Part shown: one piece after another, positions 25,184 through 40,200 of the stretch | How positions within the stretch are numbered: position 1 is the stretch's first letter | Layout of the letters: each line of letters starts with the position of its first letter | NCBI GenBank assembly: GCA_003344405.1 | Contig: NOWV01000018.1 | Coordinates: forward strand, 186,001-250,000 | From: Trichoplax sp. H2 | Taxonomy: Eukaryota | DNA length: 64,000 nucleotides | Reading direction: 5' to 3' | Position numbers and translations under genes: made by a program | The notes under the pieces: model-generated | The model's database searches: none | The model's input: only the letters and a program-made list of their open reading frames with translations | What the model was told of the DNA's origin: nothing

Positions 25184-28100
25184 ATGAAATCTCTCATAGG
25201 AGTAGCAATACTCTTCATGTTATTAGCGATTGCTAATGCCCAAGGTATGTAATAAATAGTAAGAAAATGGAGAAAAGCTATTCCGAAATGGAAATAAAAT
25301 TGTGATGTCAATTTCACAATAGTATCGTATAAGCATGTAGTAATCGCTTGAATCTATTTTATAACCCTTGCTTATCGACCATGTTTCAAGTTTCACAGAG
25401 GAATAACTGGTTTCATTTTACTTTAATAATTTATAAATAGACAAAATACTTGAAAATATTAGCCTCGATTACAGTAAAAAGAATAGTTTCTATGTTAACT
25501 GTATTTCTAGTAACTCGTGTAAATTTTCTCTTTTTAATTCCTTGACTGATATTTCGCTAATAAAATTTGAAGGGCGGTAAATTATTCAGCATATAGAGAT
25601 TTTATAATTATACTCTTTATCTTTACTACCCATCAAATTGCTATTTAGATACTAAAACTCAGGTTAACAATCCATGGTTTACCGAGGGCATCAAAATGTT
25701 AGAAGAGAAATTGAATTACAAACCTATCAAGAAAGCAGGCAATAGTGTAATTTTGTTTATAGGAGATGGAATGAGCTTAACAACAGTTACAGCGGCAAGG
25801 ATATATCAAGGTCAACGCGATGGTAAGTCTGGTGAAGAAGGACAATTGAGTTGGGAACATTATCCACATACCGGATTAGCTAAAACATATAACATCGATT
25901 ATCAGGTAAGGCTACAGCTATTCTACGCATCGATTTGTTGATAAATTTCCATTTTATGCTTATATTCTACGCTAAAATGACTGTAAGAGAACAATATACG
26001 ATAGCCTATTCCTTCCTTCAATTGAAATCTCAATTATATCATCCATTCGTTAGTACTGTAATTAAGGTTTTTCCCCCTATTTTGCTACCTAGTCTAGCAT
26101 GACGTTGTACACGCAGCTATTTCGCCTTTAAAATTTAAAAAATTTTTATTAGATAGAAATAAAAATAGACGTCGTTTTTTCCTCTTTCACATTTTTAAAA
26201 TTATTTAAATACTTAGGCAGGATTTTATGATATCGCACTATCTTCATGATTGACCACCGATACATTAGCATTGCTTCAAAGTCGGCATATGCATAAAGTA
26301 AACTATATCAGTATTTATTTTACTTTAAAAATCAGGCCACTCCTTTTAGAGCATCCTATGGCTATTCCAGTACTCAAGCGTATCTCAATGATGTCTAGAT
26401 TTACTCCATCATACAGTTACTTTCTGCTGATATAACCTTGCATATTCTCACCTTGATCAATATTTATTGTTCTACTAAGATACCAATATCACATGATATA
26501 CATTATATTGTACAATATAAAAACTAAAAATTATTTACGTTACGGCGCTAGCATTAGGCCATAAATCATGATAAACAAAGTCAGACTACGCCATGAGGGT
26601 ATAAATTTTACACAAGTCGAAAGTATTACTAACCTACGTATTAATTTAAAATACTACTTTAAAGCCAGGAGATTAATTTAGCTAGCTAAATATTTTACGT
26701 CTATTTCAATCCTTCGCGAGCTAATACTATTAATAGCTTTAAGCTAAGCTAGACTATATCATCATGATGAAGATTTTGCAAAAGACAAAAGTACTACTAT
26801 AGTACCTATTAATTCACAATACTACTTTAAAGCAATCGGATTAATTTAACTTGCTACTTATTTACGTCTATTTCAATCCCTTGCGAGCTAAGTTAAACTA
26901 CCCTGTGGTGATCTAAATTTCATGTAAGACTAGAGTATTAACCTGCTAAAATATTTCATTGACATAAAACCACTGTTTACTAGAAAGGATAGTAGAATAA
27001 TTTAATTCATTAGACACTTTGTTTGGCATTAATTAATTATATATTGCAAATGTATCCTTTCAAGCAATTTCTATGTAGTAAATGTTATAGTAGCATCCTA
27101 ATTATCGTATCGTAAAGTGATTTTTTTATATAAGTATGTCGATGAGAGAAAATATGAGCTCCAATTTATCTATTCGATATCATAATAGTGTTGATATTTC
27201 TCCTTTACCAGTAACTTAATTTATAAATGCATTCTCTTCAAATTTTGGCATAATACTTCAAATTAGTAATACTAAAAAATTTTCAATTTTACTGTAAATC
27301 CATTCTTAGGTTCCCGATTCTGCGGGGACTGCTACCGCATATCTATGTGGAGTAAAAACCAATAAAGGGCTAGTTGGTGTTACAGAAAAGGCTAAACGAG
27401 GCAACTGTCCTTCTGCAAAAGGAACTGATGTTTATTCAATCCTAACTTTAGCTCAGAAAGCTGGTTTATCGGTTGGTGTAGTATCTACAGCACGTATAAC
27501 CCATGCAACACCTGCAGTGACTTATGCTCATACACCAGAACGAGAATGGGAAGGTAGTGTTCCAGCAGAAGTAGCATCAGAAGGTTGTATCGATGTTGCA
27601 CAACAGTATATCAATTATCAGCGAGAACATGGCGGTGTTAATGTCATGTTGGGTGGAGGAAGAAGATATTTTATGTCTGAGTCCCAAAGTGATGTAGAAT
27701 ATTCAGACTTGAAAGGTCGTCGTAAGGATGGTAAAAATTTGCTTGATGAATGGAAAAAATTAAATCTACCTAATTCACACTATATATGGAATACATCAGC
27801 ATTTAATGCTGTTGATCCAATGAAAACTGATTACCTGTTTGGATTATTTGAATATGGGCATATGCAATATGAAGTTAATCGAAATAAAGGACCTGGTGGC
27901 GAACCTTCTATTGCTGAAATGACTAGGAAAGCTATCCAAATATTACGGAGAAATCCTAAAGGTTACTTCTTAATGGTCGAAGCTGGTAGGATTGATCATG
28001 GCCATCATGAAGGTAGTGCATACAGAGCACTGGTTGAAACAGTTGCTATGGCGGATGCTGTTGATGTGGCTAACAAAATGACCAATCCTAATGAAACATT

Positions 28101-28566
28101 AGTCGTAGTTACAGCCGATCATGGCCACACTATGTCTATGGGAGGCTATCAGAAACGTGGTAATCCAATATTTGGCTTAACTGATGATTTAGATATCTAC
28201 GGTAATAAATATTTAACGCTGAATTACGCTAACGGACCTGGCGGTTGGGATGAAAGGAAGCCAAGACCTCGATTGACTAATGAAATGACAAAAGATCCCC
28301 ATTTCTTACAGCAAGCAGTAGCTAAGTTAGTCAAGGAAACTCACGATGGTACTGATGTTGCTGTCTATGCTAAAGGTCCCTTTGCGCACTTATATGCTGG
28401 TGTATGGGAACAAAGCTTTGTAGTCCAACCAATGATGAAAGCATTATGTTTAGATGCATCTAAACCAGGTCAACAGCATTGCAAGAATTCCGCTGGAGGT
28501 ATTGCTCCCGCTGCCATGCTAACGTTGGTAATGGCTCTATTCGTAACATTCTTTCAAAATTTTTAA
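25184..28566 (+). CDS. Alkaline phosphatase paralog 2; exons 25184-25244, 25649-25905, 27310-28566
   Basis: Signal peptide MKSLIGVAILFMLLAIANAQ; IGDGM, VPDSAGTA, THATP, EAGRIDHGHH, TADH, ETHDG; GPI-type tail. Intron positions match paralog 1. Confidence 0.96.
26620..26892. repeat. Two-copy ~105-bp direct repeat (period ~169 bp) in ALP2 intron 2
   Basis: aaagta.tacta...tattaatt.a.aatactactttaaagc...gattaattta.ct.gcta...tttacgtctatttcaatcc.t.gcgagctaa occurs twice. Confidence 0.85.
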
Positions 28567-31419
28567 ATACCTTTTATATTCTCATTGACTGTCATACTTT
28601 CAATTATGCTAGTAGTTATTAAACGATCTAGCAGTAGGTTTGGAAGAGACAGTATCACAAAAATTTTAAATTTTAATTGAATTGACAATCAATTGATCGT
28701 TTTAACACTGCAATCAGTGGGTTAGATAGAATCACCCTAAGGAAAAGGGTTTAGCAATTTAGTGATTTACGCGTAATTTCGTTAATGCTACATCCTATTG
28801 CTTCAATTCCTTTACCGAATGAAGATATTAATTCATTAATATACACTCTTCCTGGCAACTTTATAAGGTTATTTCTTTTTGTGTGTGTATATTTAGCGTC
28901 TAGCTAAATCAAACTTGATTAATTCTGTAATTCGATGGATATTAAATTAATTTTCTTTTGTGCTCAATTCTTGAATCACCTCAAATAACTCCCATGCTAA
29001 TAAATTAGTTGCATACTTTAGCACGCATTTTATAATGAGTTATAAATCTTTCCCATAGTATCCTTCCCCCATTACTTCTAAATTGTAAGTATCCAGTAAG
29101 ATGATATCTGTATGGGTGTAGTAGTTCTAATAAGGAGTACCGTTGCTACATTTTTAATTTACTTAGACAATTACAATTAAATTATATTTCGCTTATAAGC
29201 TGCTAATATTAGTGGTTTAAAGTCAGTAGCAAGTTAATGGAAACTATCGATGATATCAAAGTTTTAATTAGAGTCTTGTTGATTCCTCAAGTATAAATCT
29301 TAGTTATGTCATACCGTACGGTAGTTCCTATGAACATATGATATACGTAGCAGAAATGTTAATAGTGCAATCGATACAATTACTAAGAAATAAATTTTAG
29401 TATCTTTCAAATTGGAAGATACCCGATCAACGATTAGAATTGATCAGTGAAGAACTTTATAGGGATCTATTAATTTTATTTTTAATTATTAATGAGTAAG
29501 TCAATTTAACAAAATATAGAATACTAAGTAAATATTAAATGACGTCGGTTAAATTTAGATATTTAAATAACCTTTACAGTAACGATTTACCTATGGTATT
29601 TATTTGTAATTTTTTATCCTTATCAGTGATGTGTAATTTATATTATTCAATGTACATTAATATCATATTAATAAAATGGTTGCTTAACTCGTTAAACTAC
29701 TGTATATCTGAATGGGTTATTTCTTATATTGTAATCAATTCCTTGACATTACTTTTGTAAGGATAAAGATAACTATATTATTTAACTTTCTTACTGTAAC
29801 GGTTATTTTAGCATTTCTGACTACCTGTAAATTTCATGCTATTTAATATTATAGGATAACAGAAGAAAGATTTATGATAGTCAATTAAAATTGGATTACT
29901 TAACTCGCTTTATAATATTCGTGTATTTAAGTAATTATCATTTACATATAGAAATATGAACGAGGTCCTAATTCTGTTTCAACGTATAGGCAACTTTTAA
30001 CTTTAGTTATATACAGTCAGTTATAACTAAAACTATAACTACTTGCTGTAACAGTTAATTTAACTTTTTGACCATCCCTAATTTCATGTTGTTTTAATGT
30101 AATTCTTTTGCAATATCTAAGTAAATTTCAAGTTTGACTTCCTTTTATCTACTGCCTATTGTTACTTAGTACACTACATTATAAAAATTTAGTTCAAATA
30201 TTGTAGAATATTGATTTTATTTAACAGTATTTGCCATCTCTGTTGGCTGCGCTAGAGTTGTAGCGCGTCAATAGTAGACAAGCAACCATGATGTAGGTAA
30301 AAATTGGCATCTTGAATGAATAGAAGGCTTAATTGAAATTGTTACTATTCTGAATTTTTTAAACGAACAGAAGATACTCTGCTATTCTTCTTTAAATTCA
30401 CTTATATTTTTGTGCTGCATTGAATGATGCATAATGTTCATTTAAGTTGGCATACTCCATCCTGATAACTTTTGATGGCTGCGACTTTTCTGTTAGCCCA
30501 ATTAATTAACCCGCTTTTGTTAAATCAACTACCACTAAAAGAATATTATGCTTGCAACATAGGTAATGTATCTAAATAAGTTTAACGATAACAACTACGG
30601 AATAAACTCAGTAATCGATTCCTCTGCTCCAGTATGTTGAAGTATTGAAGAAAATGTGTTGATAAATTTGATATTTAGAGAGAACGGCTATAGTTGTCTT
30701 ACATCTCAGTTTTTGAGTTACTGTAGATCCATTTTTATCCTCATACAAGAACTGTAAATAAATTGCTTTTAATTATTCTTGATTAAAACAAGTGGATTAA
30801 AGGAAAGAATTAAAATAAGTTGCCTACAATACAAGATCGTAGAAAAATTTTGATTTCCTTACTCTCTCTTTACTTCTATTTCTTTTCTTTTACTTTATTG
30901 TTAGTGATGATTAAAATGCGATTGAATAAATCATGGAAGTGAAGCTTTAGTTCAATTTAAATCTAATAAGGTACATGATCATATCGTCTACAAATTATTT
31001 CTTGTATGATAATGGCAAATTTTGGTGATAAGCTATCATACGAGCATTAACACATAGTGGATGTGGACTTTAACTACGGTATCATTACTGCTCATGGAAT
31101 AGTCATTGTCTTTAATTACAAGGACAGCTACCATATTGTAAATTTTATAGTATCTACTGAAAATATTCTTAAGACTATATTATAGTTAAAATAGTGGAGA
31201 AAGCGTTGAAATCATCTATTTCTATAAGAATGGCGTCTGAGCAATTTAATAAAGCTCAAGAATATAGAAGCGATTTATTGTTGGCAATGGATAATCAGAT
31301 TGGTCAGGTAGGTCAGTACAGTAATGAGGATGAATATGAATAAGGTTGCAGCTTTGATATAGAGTAGGATAGGAAAAGTACCGATATCAATCTAAATGAG
31401 ATCTACAATAATTGCTTAT

Positions 31420-31880
31420 CCAAACAAAATGTTTTCTTGCTCATTCCATCCATTCATTTTCCTTTTGCATATTATCTCAATAACATCAAAGTATTTATAA
31501 CTAAATACAGCAAGAAAAAGTTAACTATAGATGATAGATTCAATAAATCTGAACGGCAATTCTGCTACATGTAATTTAAGCAAAAAAAATTTGACTCAGT
31601 CTATCCATGCATTTTCTTTTGCATACGATCACGATAATACGAATGTATTTATAAGTAACTAAATACAAGGACATAAAGTTAATTGCAGATGATAGATTCA
31701 GTAAATCTGAAGAGCAATTTCTATTGCAAGCAAGCAGTTCAAGCAAAAGGTTTACTCACTCATTTTATCTATCCAATTTTTGTTTTGCATATGATCGCGA
31801 TACTATAAATATATTTATAAATGGCTAAATAAAGTTAAAAAAAAGTCGATCACAGACGGTAGTCTTAGTAAATCTGAAAA
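31420..31880. repeat. Three-copy ~160-bp degenerate tandem repeat (intergenic)
   Basis: tcca...ttttgcata..atc.c.ata...tatttataa...ctaaata...aaagt..a...caga.g.tag....a.taaatctgaa at ~31450, ~31605 and ~31772. Confidence 0.85.
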
Positions 31881-34219
31881 ATTATTTTATTAAATTAATC
31901 GGTTAGATAGAACGAAAAAGTAAACCATCTCTGTTTGGTTTATTTAGTAGAAGGTTTTGTAAGATTATTTATATCATAAACCCGATTTGATGACAATTTG
32001 GTAGGTTAATAGCTGTACTTTGTCAGACTCTTCCTTCTACAGAAAAGATAGATAATTGTTGCAATTTTCCTTTCTTTCCTATCCAATAATTATAATAATA
32101 CACGTTTTCAGTTAGCGTTAGAACTTAACCACACCTGCCTTAACCCAGTATGACTAGATAGAAGAGTATAATAGCTATTGAAAGTAGAATTCTCATTTGC
32201 ATTATTTTTACATCAATATAAGAAATAGTGCAGACAATGTTATTGATGTTATTATCCTATACAGCTATTGATAAGGTGTTAGAGCATTTGAATAGGAAGC
32301 AACGTGGTTATAATCCATAGGAAAATAAAATCGTAGGAAACGAGTGGTTGATTATTTTTGCAATGGTGCAACATTAAAAATGATTCAAGTCCTTTTATCA
32401 AAGCTCTTTATGCCTTGCGTATAGTAGACAGTTTTATTTTTCTGCCTGTTTATCCGTCACTTTTGCGGGTATTGAATTCTTAATCATTTCTATTTTTGTA
32501 GACAAGCTATGAAATCAGGTAAAGGCCTAAAATGAACCTTTGAGATGGAAATTTTCTACTGCAGACATGTTTACGAACTTGACTTATTGTTTTAGCGTTC
32601 ACTATATTCCTTTTCCTTTTTTAAGAGACACAATAGGATAAGAGTCATTATCGTAATCTATCTGTTAACGATCATCTTTTTCTCTCGCTAGCTTATCATG
32701 AGCTGTATCATTAATCTGGAAATCGATCATTTGGCAATATTCTAATTCCAAGTTTCACTAGCGGCCTTATCGCGATTAAAATCTGTACACGATAATTTCG
32801 CTTTACATTTTTATCAGCTGTGTTGTCTTGTGCGCTATTTCTAGCTAGCCAACCATTCTAAGCTTGCAATGTATCCATTGGGCACCTTTAAAGTATACCG
32901 TTATTATTTATAAACTATCCTGTAGTGGTGTAATACCACCTATATTTATTATAATGTAGAAAAGGATTAATTCAGTCGCTTTCCATGTTTTGTTACAGCT
33001 GAAGGAATGCAATTGTTTTCTCGTTATTGAAGACATCGTTTTAGGTTATTTATGCGATGTTTACATTATTAATCGATCCATCTTCAGCATAGCTACATTA
33101 CAACGTTGGACTAGTTGGAAATGGTTTCGTTTTATATTAATGTTAAGATTCTTGATAGGTCGATGTACAGTAGATAGAGGAATGGAGGGGGAACAAGAAA
33201 GATTGACGATTTATTAAAACTCTTCTTTTTTCGTGTACTTAATAGAATGTTTCTTGTTATGCGCTATAGTCTAGACTATATATCTTAGGCTGTTATTGTT
33301 ATTGCCATCATTACCGTAACTCTTATGATATTCTAATCCATTGTGTCTAATTCAATTTTATATCATATCTACTCTAGGAGTTGCGGTCATGATCACTAGT
33401 TTGATCATAGACGATTTAGACGATGTTGTTAAAGACTATTAACGATTACAAAAGAGTTAAAAGGAGGCAATTGTCTATGATATTGATTTTTTTTTAACTC
33501 CTTTTAACCGTTGTATGGTCATATAATCAATCATTTTCAATCTTAAACTGAGTGATAATTAACTATAACGATACCTCTACTTGAAGCTATTTGCTCTATG
33601 GATCAATCATGGATTAAAAGTAATACAAGAAGTTTCTTTCGCCATGATTATTCATCAACGATTAAATAAGGGGACTGAAAAAAGGGGAACATGATTTCAA
33701 TTGATTGCTATTAAATTATTGATCATGTCTGATAAGTACAATTATCATCTTTGAATTGGATAACGGTCGTGAATAGAATGATCGATGAATCCGTTTAGTG
33801 TATTTAATTTAGGGTAATTTTGGAGTTGACAGCCTGAAGGGGTAATGAATATCTGCTAATTAGTACTTTAGGGTGGCATTAATTCAATCTTGTCAACAAC
33901 AGCTATATAACAGTGAATATTAATTAAATGTCGATTAATTAATCAAGTTCATACAACCAAGGGAACAATGACTTCGGAATAGAGGAGTAATTAGTAATTA
34001 CCCACCACAAATTCAAATCAAATACATTACAAGTTCATTGTCAATAAAGAATTGTGACCAGCGGCTGCATCATGCGACTATGTTAGTTCGACAACAATAT
34101 AAGTTATACTGTACTCGCACGATGTCGTGCTGTTTTTCTTATTGCGATATCCATAACAAATTCTAATTATCATGACAACAGTAAGAGTTAAGCTTGAAGA
34201 ATAATACTAAGAAAAGTTG

Positions 34220-34227
34220 TATAAATA
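34220..34227 (+). promoter_or_regulatory. Candidate TATA box of alkaline phosphatase 3
   Basis: TATAAATA ~60 bp upstream of ATG 34286, with an Inr-like TCAGT ~30 nt downstream (34250-34254). Confidence 0.6.
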
Positions 34228-34285
34228 GTTGGAAGATAGTAGCAAATCGTCAGTCTCTCCATCTCCAATCTGTGCTTGCCGAATT

Positions 34286-37200
34286 ATGGTCATGTCAACA
34301 ATGTCGATGGCTCATTTCCTCCTCATTTTAGCATCCCTTTCTTGGGTTTCGTCACAGCGTAAGCTCTTTTTCTTAGCAATATCACCTTATTCCCAACCCA
34401 CGAATCATTCATCTTGACTATTCTACCAGTCAATGACATTTTTAATCCTTTTTAGATAAATGCAACATTTACTAATCTATTAATGCTATACCTACGTTAA
34501 CTGTTTAGGCTATAGTGATACGATGAAAGCCATAGTATGGGATAGAGATGGAGTAGTAGGGATTTAAACTTGCTATCAATTATGATTTAATGCATGGAAT
34601 GGGGTCAAGACTAGTATACGCCTGGAATGGCATATAATTCTATTTTTTTTCATTGCAAGAAATAACTTTCCAAAGCTACATCCCTTTTCAAGCATTGAAT
34701 TTAATAGGAGATCGGCCGAATAGTTATTTTTGTTAATTCTATTCCTATAGCAGGATATTATAACTAAATATATTTAAGATACATTTCTAAGTGAAATGAT
34801 GATAAAAGTTCTATACACAGTAAGGTATCCTAATTTGTTTTTCTCTTAAAATGAGTCAATTTCATTCCTACCGGTCAAGGTTTTCTAGTCAACATTTGCC
34901 AGCGTTTACTTTTTAATGGGCATGGAAAGGCTTTCATGAAGTACACGCAGTAATTATTCTCCCTTCTTCTTCTCTATTATCGCACTTAGTACCGCAGCAT
35001 TTTTTTTAAAGCTTTTAATCATGAATTGTTGACAGAAATACTCTTCTGCACTATGATAGAAATTCCTTTTTTCGTTCTTGCTTTACTAATGTTCACTATC
35101 ATGTATCAAGTTTGCTTTCGTATAGCACATAAAATAATTTTCATTATGTAGGTGATAGCACCAGCGATAGACTAACGAAAGTTGTATTTCTCTATGCCTA
35201 CCATAACTAGTTACCTCGCCACAGATTAATAGCCAGTGGTACAAAGATGGCGAGAATGTCCTGAAGCAAAAACTCAATGCCAAAAATATTGAAAAAACTG
35301 GCAAGAATGCCATTTTATTCATTGGAGATGGAATGAGTATTCCAACTGAGGTATGTGCGCGTATATTTCAAGGCCAAAAGAGAGGCCAGACAGGCGAAGA
35401 AAACAATTTAAGTTGGCAACTCTTTCCTAATGTTGGTTTATCTAAAACTTATAGCGTGGATTTTCAGGTAATTTTTTCATTATTATATTAGCCCAAATAG
35501 AATTGAGTAAACAAGTTAAAAGGGAAGTTGTATTTCTACCAATAATTCTATCAATAACTTTGCTACTAGCATTGATATTTGGTACTTACTGAATACTATA
35601 GAATTGAGTAGAAAAAGTAACGAATTTAAAACTCGATCATAGAACGGGAATAAATAATGTCTATCTAAATAGTAGCAGTTTTTCTACCAACACAAGGGGT
35701 GGTAGAGAAATCAGTTATGGAGTTAATATTTCAAGTAGCTGGTGATTTCCCATTAGGCTAGATGTGATTTCAAAGGGAACATAAATGATGACGATTATTA
35801 AGATGACATTGGTAATGGCTTAATAGCGGAAAGTAATCGTTTCTATTGCATAACAATCGAATGCATTGATGTTAGATTTGATTAGATTACGATTCTTTCT
35901 TGACCTCTATTGAGAAATAGAATTTATATTAGAATCTGGGTCGAAGAAAGAAGGGTAGAGTCTATTGGTAATCGTATTTAAAAACAATTAACAATCCTAG
36001 TGATGCTCAAGATAATCCTGTTATGCAGCTACAACTATCGTTAAGTTAGTTAATTGACAGTCGATAACAGTTTTGCGAATCAAATCGGCCATTAGCGAAC
36101 ATTGTTATAATCGTTTACCACCTGTATTTGTTCAATAAAGCATAATTTGAATTCCATACTACCCTAATCAGCTGATTAGAATTTTACTCTTTCACGCCCA
36201 AATTGACATATATCTTCTTTCATATCCCTTATCGTACACCATCTTTGAGCAATACTAAGATAGATCTATCATTCCCTACGCCATGTCATTTTACTACACC
36301 TTTAGATCGGATTTTTCATCCATACGTTATATAAAAACGACAACAGCAATTGCTGATATGAGGGCTTACTCGCAATCATAGTTACTCCTTCCATGAATAA
36401 TTGGATGAAGGAGAGACCTTTGCTTTGTTAGTCTGCCTAACCTTTCGTGTAAACATGTGTGTACTACATTATCATCAGACGATAGGTTAAAGCGGAGGAT
36501 CATATCTTAACTATTGATTGTTTTTTGGAACAATTCATGTATTATTCTTATTCTAATGAATCACTAACATAGAATGCCTTAACTATGGGAGTAATGTCCT
36601 AATTTACACAATTTACACAAGCTTGCACGCGTTACGATTACGTCAAGGTTAGGGTTAGAGTTAGATAATTAATTAAGAAAAAAAATGGCAATCGTTTCTC
36701 ATTTCATTGACTTGAAGTCAAGGTGGTGGATCAGTTAAAAATGCAGTTGGATAAATTCAATTTCAGGTGATATCTTCTAGACAGTGCTAGCATGAGTAAC
36801 ATTTCTTCTCGAATAAAGTATCTTGTTTAGTGATGAGCTATTTATTGAGATTACAGTAATCGATTTACTTATTTAGCACAATAAAGTTTTACATTTGTTA
36901 CGAGGACTTTTTTGACGGTGTGGCCATTATTTACAATAGCTACCACTCCGACTTTGGCGATGTGATAGATTGGGCAGAGAGTAGTAGAAGAGAAAATGAT
37001 CGGCTAAGATATTCGCTACGTGTAGTTCTTTATTATAGCTTAAATCAAGAAAGTGTATGCGAGAATGTGCTTCCATCTACTATTTTATATAACATCTACT
37101 ACATTACTTACCAAAGCATGATAACATGAAATGTGCTAACGTCATGATGTCTAAGGTTTACACGTATACTTTTTACTGAGATAACATGGTATAGGTAGAT

Positions 37201-40200
37201 GATATCTGTCTAATACTAGGATAGGTGAAGTAGCCGGATTATGGGCACAATAAGTGAATTAAAATTTAGCTAGTAGGTGCTAATACGGTTGATAGATAAA
37301 AAAGGAGTAATGAAGTTGTTGAACACTTGAATAGTTGTTGTTCCCATCATTATTCTCAAGAATATGGCTACATACCTTGGATTTAATTTGTGAAAATATA
37401 AAAGGCGTAGTCGTATAATTAATGACTTTGCTCTTATTGGAAAGAATTTATAACTGGATGCTAGCAGTAGCGATCATTGTGCTCATTCCTTGATACTTTT
37501 GATGCATTTTGAATGAGCGATATTAAAAATTTTTTACTAGCCGTTATTTTAATAGCAGACGTTAACACAATAGGAATATTAGAAGAAAATAACGTTTAAA
37601 ATGAGTAATTTTGGGTATCGGTAGTTTTCTTTTGATCGCTTTAAATAGTTGCTCAAAATTTTAATTATAATAATTATTCTACAGAAAAGTATTTTATGCC
37701 AGGTGTTGCTGTAACGATAGTCGTTGTTCTTCTTACAGACGCTATCTAATTAATAAATTATAACTTTTAGTAAATCAACGTCTAATTTATTAATAGTCAA
37801 ATTCAGTGCCGGTATGCAACTCTATTCTTACGCTTTTATGAGACAATATCTCTGGTTATCATCTCGTAGACTGTGATAAATTCTTTGTAAAAAGTTACTC
37901 TTCACATTTCTCTTCATGATAGCCATTGCTGGAGGATATATAAAGAGTATGAACAGTTACAGGTGTATTATTGCGATATTTTGGAGAATTCTACTTTTGA
38001 TTTCTTCAATAGCTAGTATGAGATCCTTCTTAGATTAAAGTCTTGATAGCAAATCCGTTTTATGTATTATGGCTCCAAATTTTGAAATTAGATGAAATTG
38101 TCATTTCATACTTTTCCCAGAGGATTGAAATATCCTTGAATAGATAGCGTAAACTCTATCCTAATTACTTCTATTCAAATTTGCTTAAGGCTGGTGCAAG
38201 CTACCTTTTTATATCCCAGATATATATCGGGCTAATTAGTCTATACTCCTATATATCGAGATATATTATGATAGAAAATAGTTATTCTTGTACTTTGTGT
38301 GTCGATGTAACTTGAAATCAAGCTATACGAAGTGAAAAGTTGCGTAAACGTAACTCCATAAATTGCACTATTTTTTAGCAATTGCTGTGGGCTGGTATTT
38401 TATAATACTACACAGATTTTTGAATAATTTCTGCATGTAAACAGTAAATTCTAACCTAATTACTCTATTTCAAATGTTTTATACAACAAGAAAGTCGTTT
38501 ATATCTTATTACATACTTTAAATGCGGCAGCATCACATAACAATTTCGTGTGTTGTGTGCACAGATCGCATGTAAGGAATCCTTATAATTAGAGCTCTTC
38601 TGTAAAATAAGGCATTTCAATTACTAAAAAATGACTTGTTGAACGATATTATGATCCTAATTAGTATAATATTGAATTATATCTATAACGAATACGTTAT
38701 ATTACGGCTTTGACGGCTTAAATCACTTTGAATGATTTACTAATTAAAGGAAATATTGCTGTATCGGAGACAGTATTTGCCATTTGCCCTATCATTTTTG
38801 AAAATAATTCTGATTTGGATCGCTAATTTCTACAGTCTATCGAACTTACTACTCCAGAATGGGTTCTGTCTGAAGTTTCAGTATATATGGCATGACTTGT
38901 AACTGTACTAAATTGTTTTCTTGCATCATAATGCTTTAATTTTTGTAATTTTTAATAGGTACCTGACTCAGCTGCTACTGCTACAGCGTTTTTAAGTGGT
39001 GTTAAAACAAATGATGGTGTTCTTGGCTTAAATCAGAATGGTATTAAAGGCCAATGCGCATCGGAAAAAAATAATCATGTCAATTCGTTAGTTGCTATAG
39101 CTGAAGAGCTCGGTATGTCGACTGGAATTATTACCACTGCTCGAGTAACTCATGCAACACCTGGTGCTGCTTATTCACATTGCGCTAGTCGTAATTGGGA
39201 AGCCAACGTAAGTTTATGGTATATCTCCAATTATCGCTAACCACTGTTTACCATACTGTAGGTCGGATTAATGAAAAGACTTTACAGCTCATGGTGTTCT
39301 TTTTCTCTTGATACTTACACTTGTATACTTATATACAGTAGGAATATTTAATCTTGATATAAAAATGAATAAAATACCGATCTGCATATAAGGATATTTA
39401 ACGTACACACATTGCGATTTTCTTATATTTAACATGTTGTCATTATAATTTTTTTCAAACTTTTTCTAGATTCCTTCAAGTCAAGCTGGTCTGGGCTGTA
39501 AGGATATTGCGACGCAATTACTTGATGCGTATAATATTGGCGATGGTTTTGAAGTGGTTATGGGTGGTGGAAGGTGTAATTTCCACTCTATTAACACTAC
39601 CGATCCTGAATATACTACATCCAAAGGGTGTCGATTCGATGGAAAAGATTTAATACAAGAATGGAAGAATAAAAAATTATCCAATTCGGCTTATGTTTGG
39701 AACTTGACCGCATTCAACGCTATTGACCCTAACAAAACCGATCATCTTTTAGGCTTATTCGATCCTAGCCACATGAAATATGATGCTGATCGACTTACCG
39801 ATAAAGCTGGTGAGCCATCCATTGCTCAAATGACGGAAAAAGCTATCCAAATTTTGCAAAGAAATCCCAAAGGATACTTTCTTTTTGTCGAAGGTGGTCG
39901 TATTGATCATTCACACCATTCCGGAGTAGCTTATGGCGCTATTACTGATACAATTGCTATGGCTGATGCTGTTCAAAAAGCTGTCGCCATGACTAATCCA
40001 CAAGAGACATTAATTGTAGTTACAGCTGACCATGGGCATACCTTAAGTATGAGCGGCTATCCGAAAAGGGGCAATCCTATTTTAGGTCTTGTTGATGGAG
40101 CGCCATCACTTGATGGCAAGCCATATACAACGATAAACTATGCTAATGGCCCTGGGGCTATAAAAGATGGCGAACTACGCCCTAATCTGACTGGAGTTGA

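Noticed and set aside
36647-36664. Telomere-like GGTTAGGGTTAGAGTTAG
   Set aside because: Only about three degenerate units; compatible with chance.
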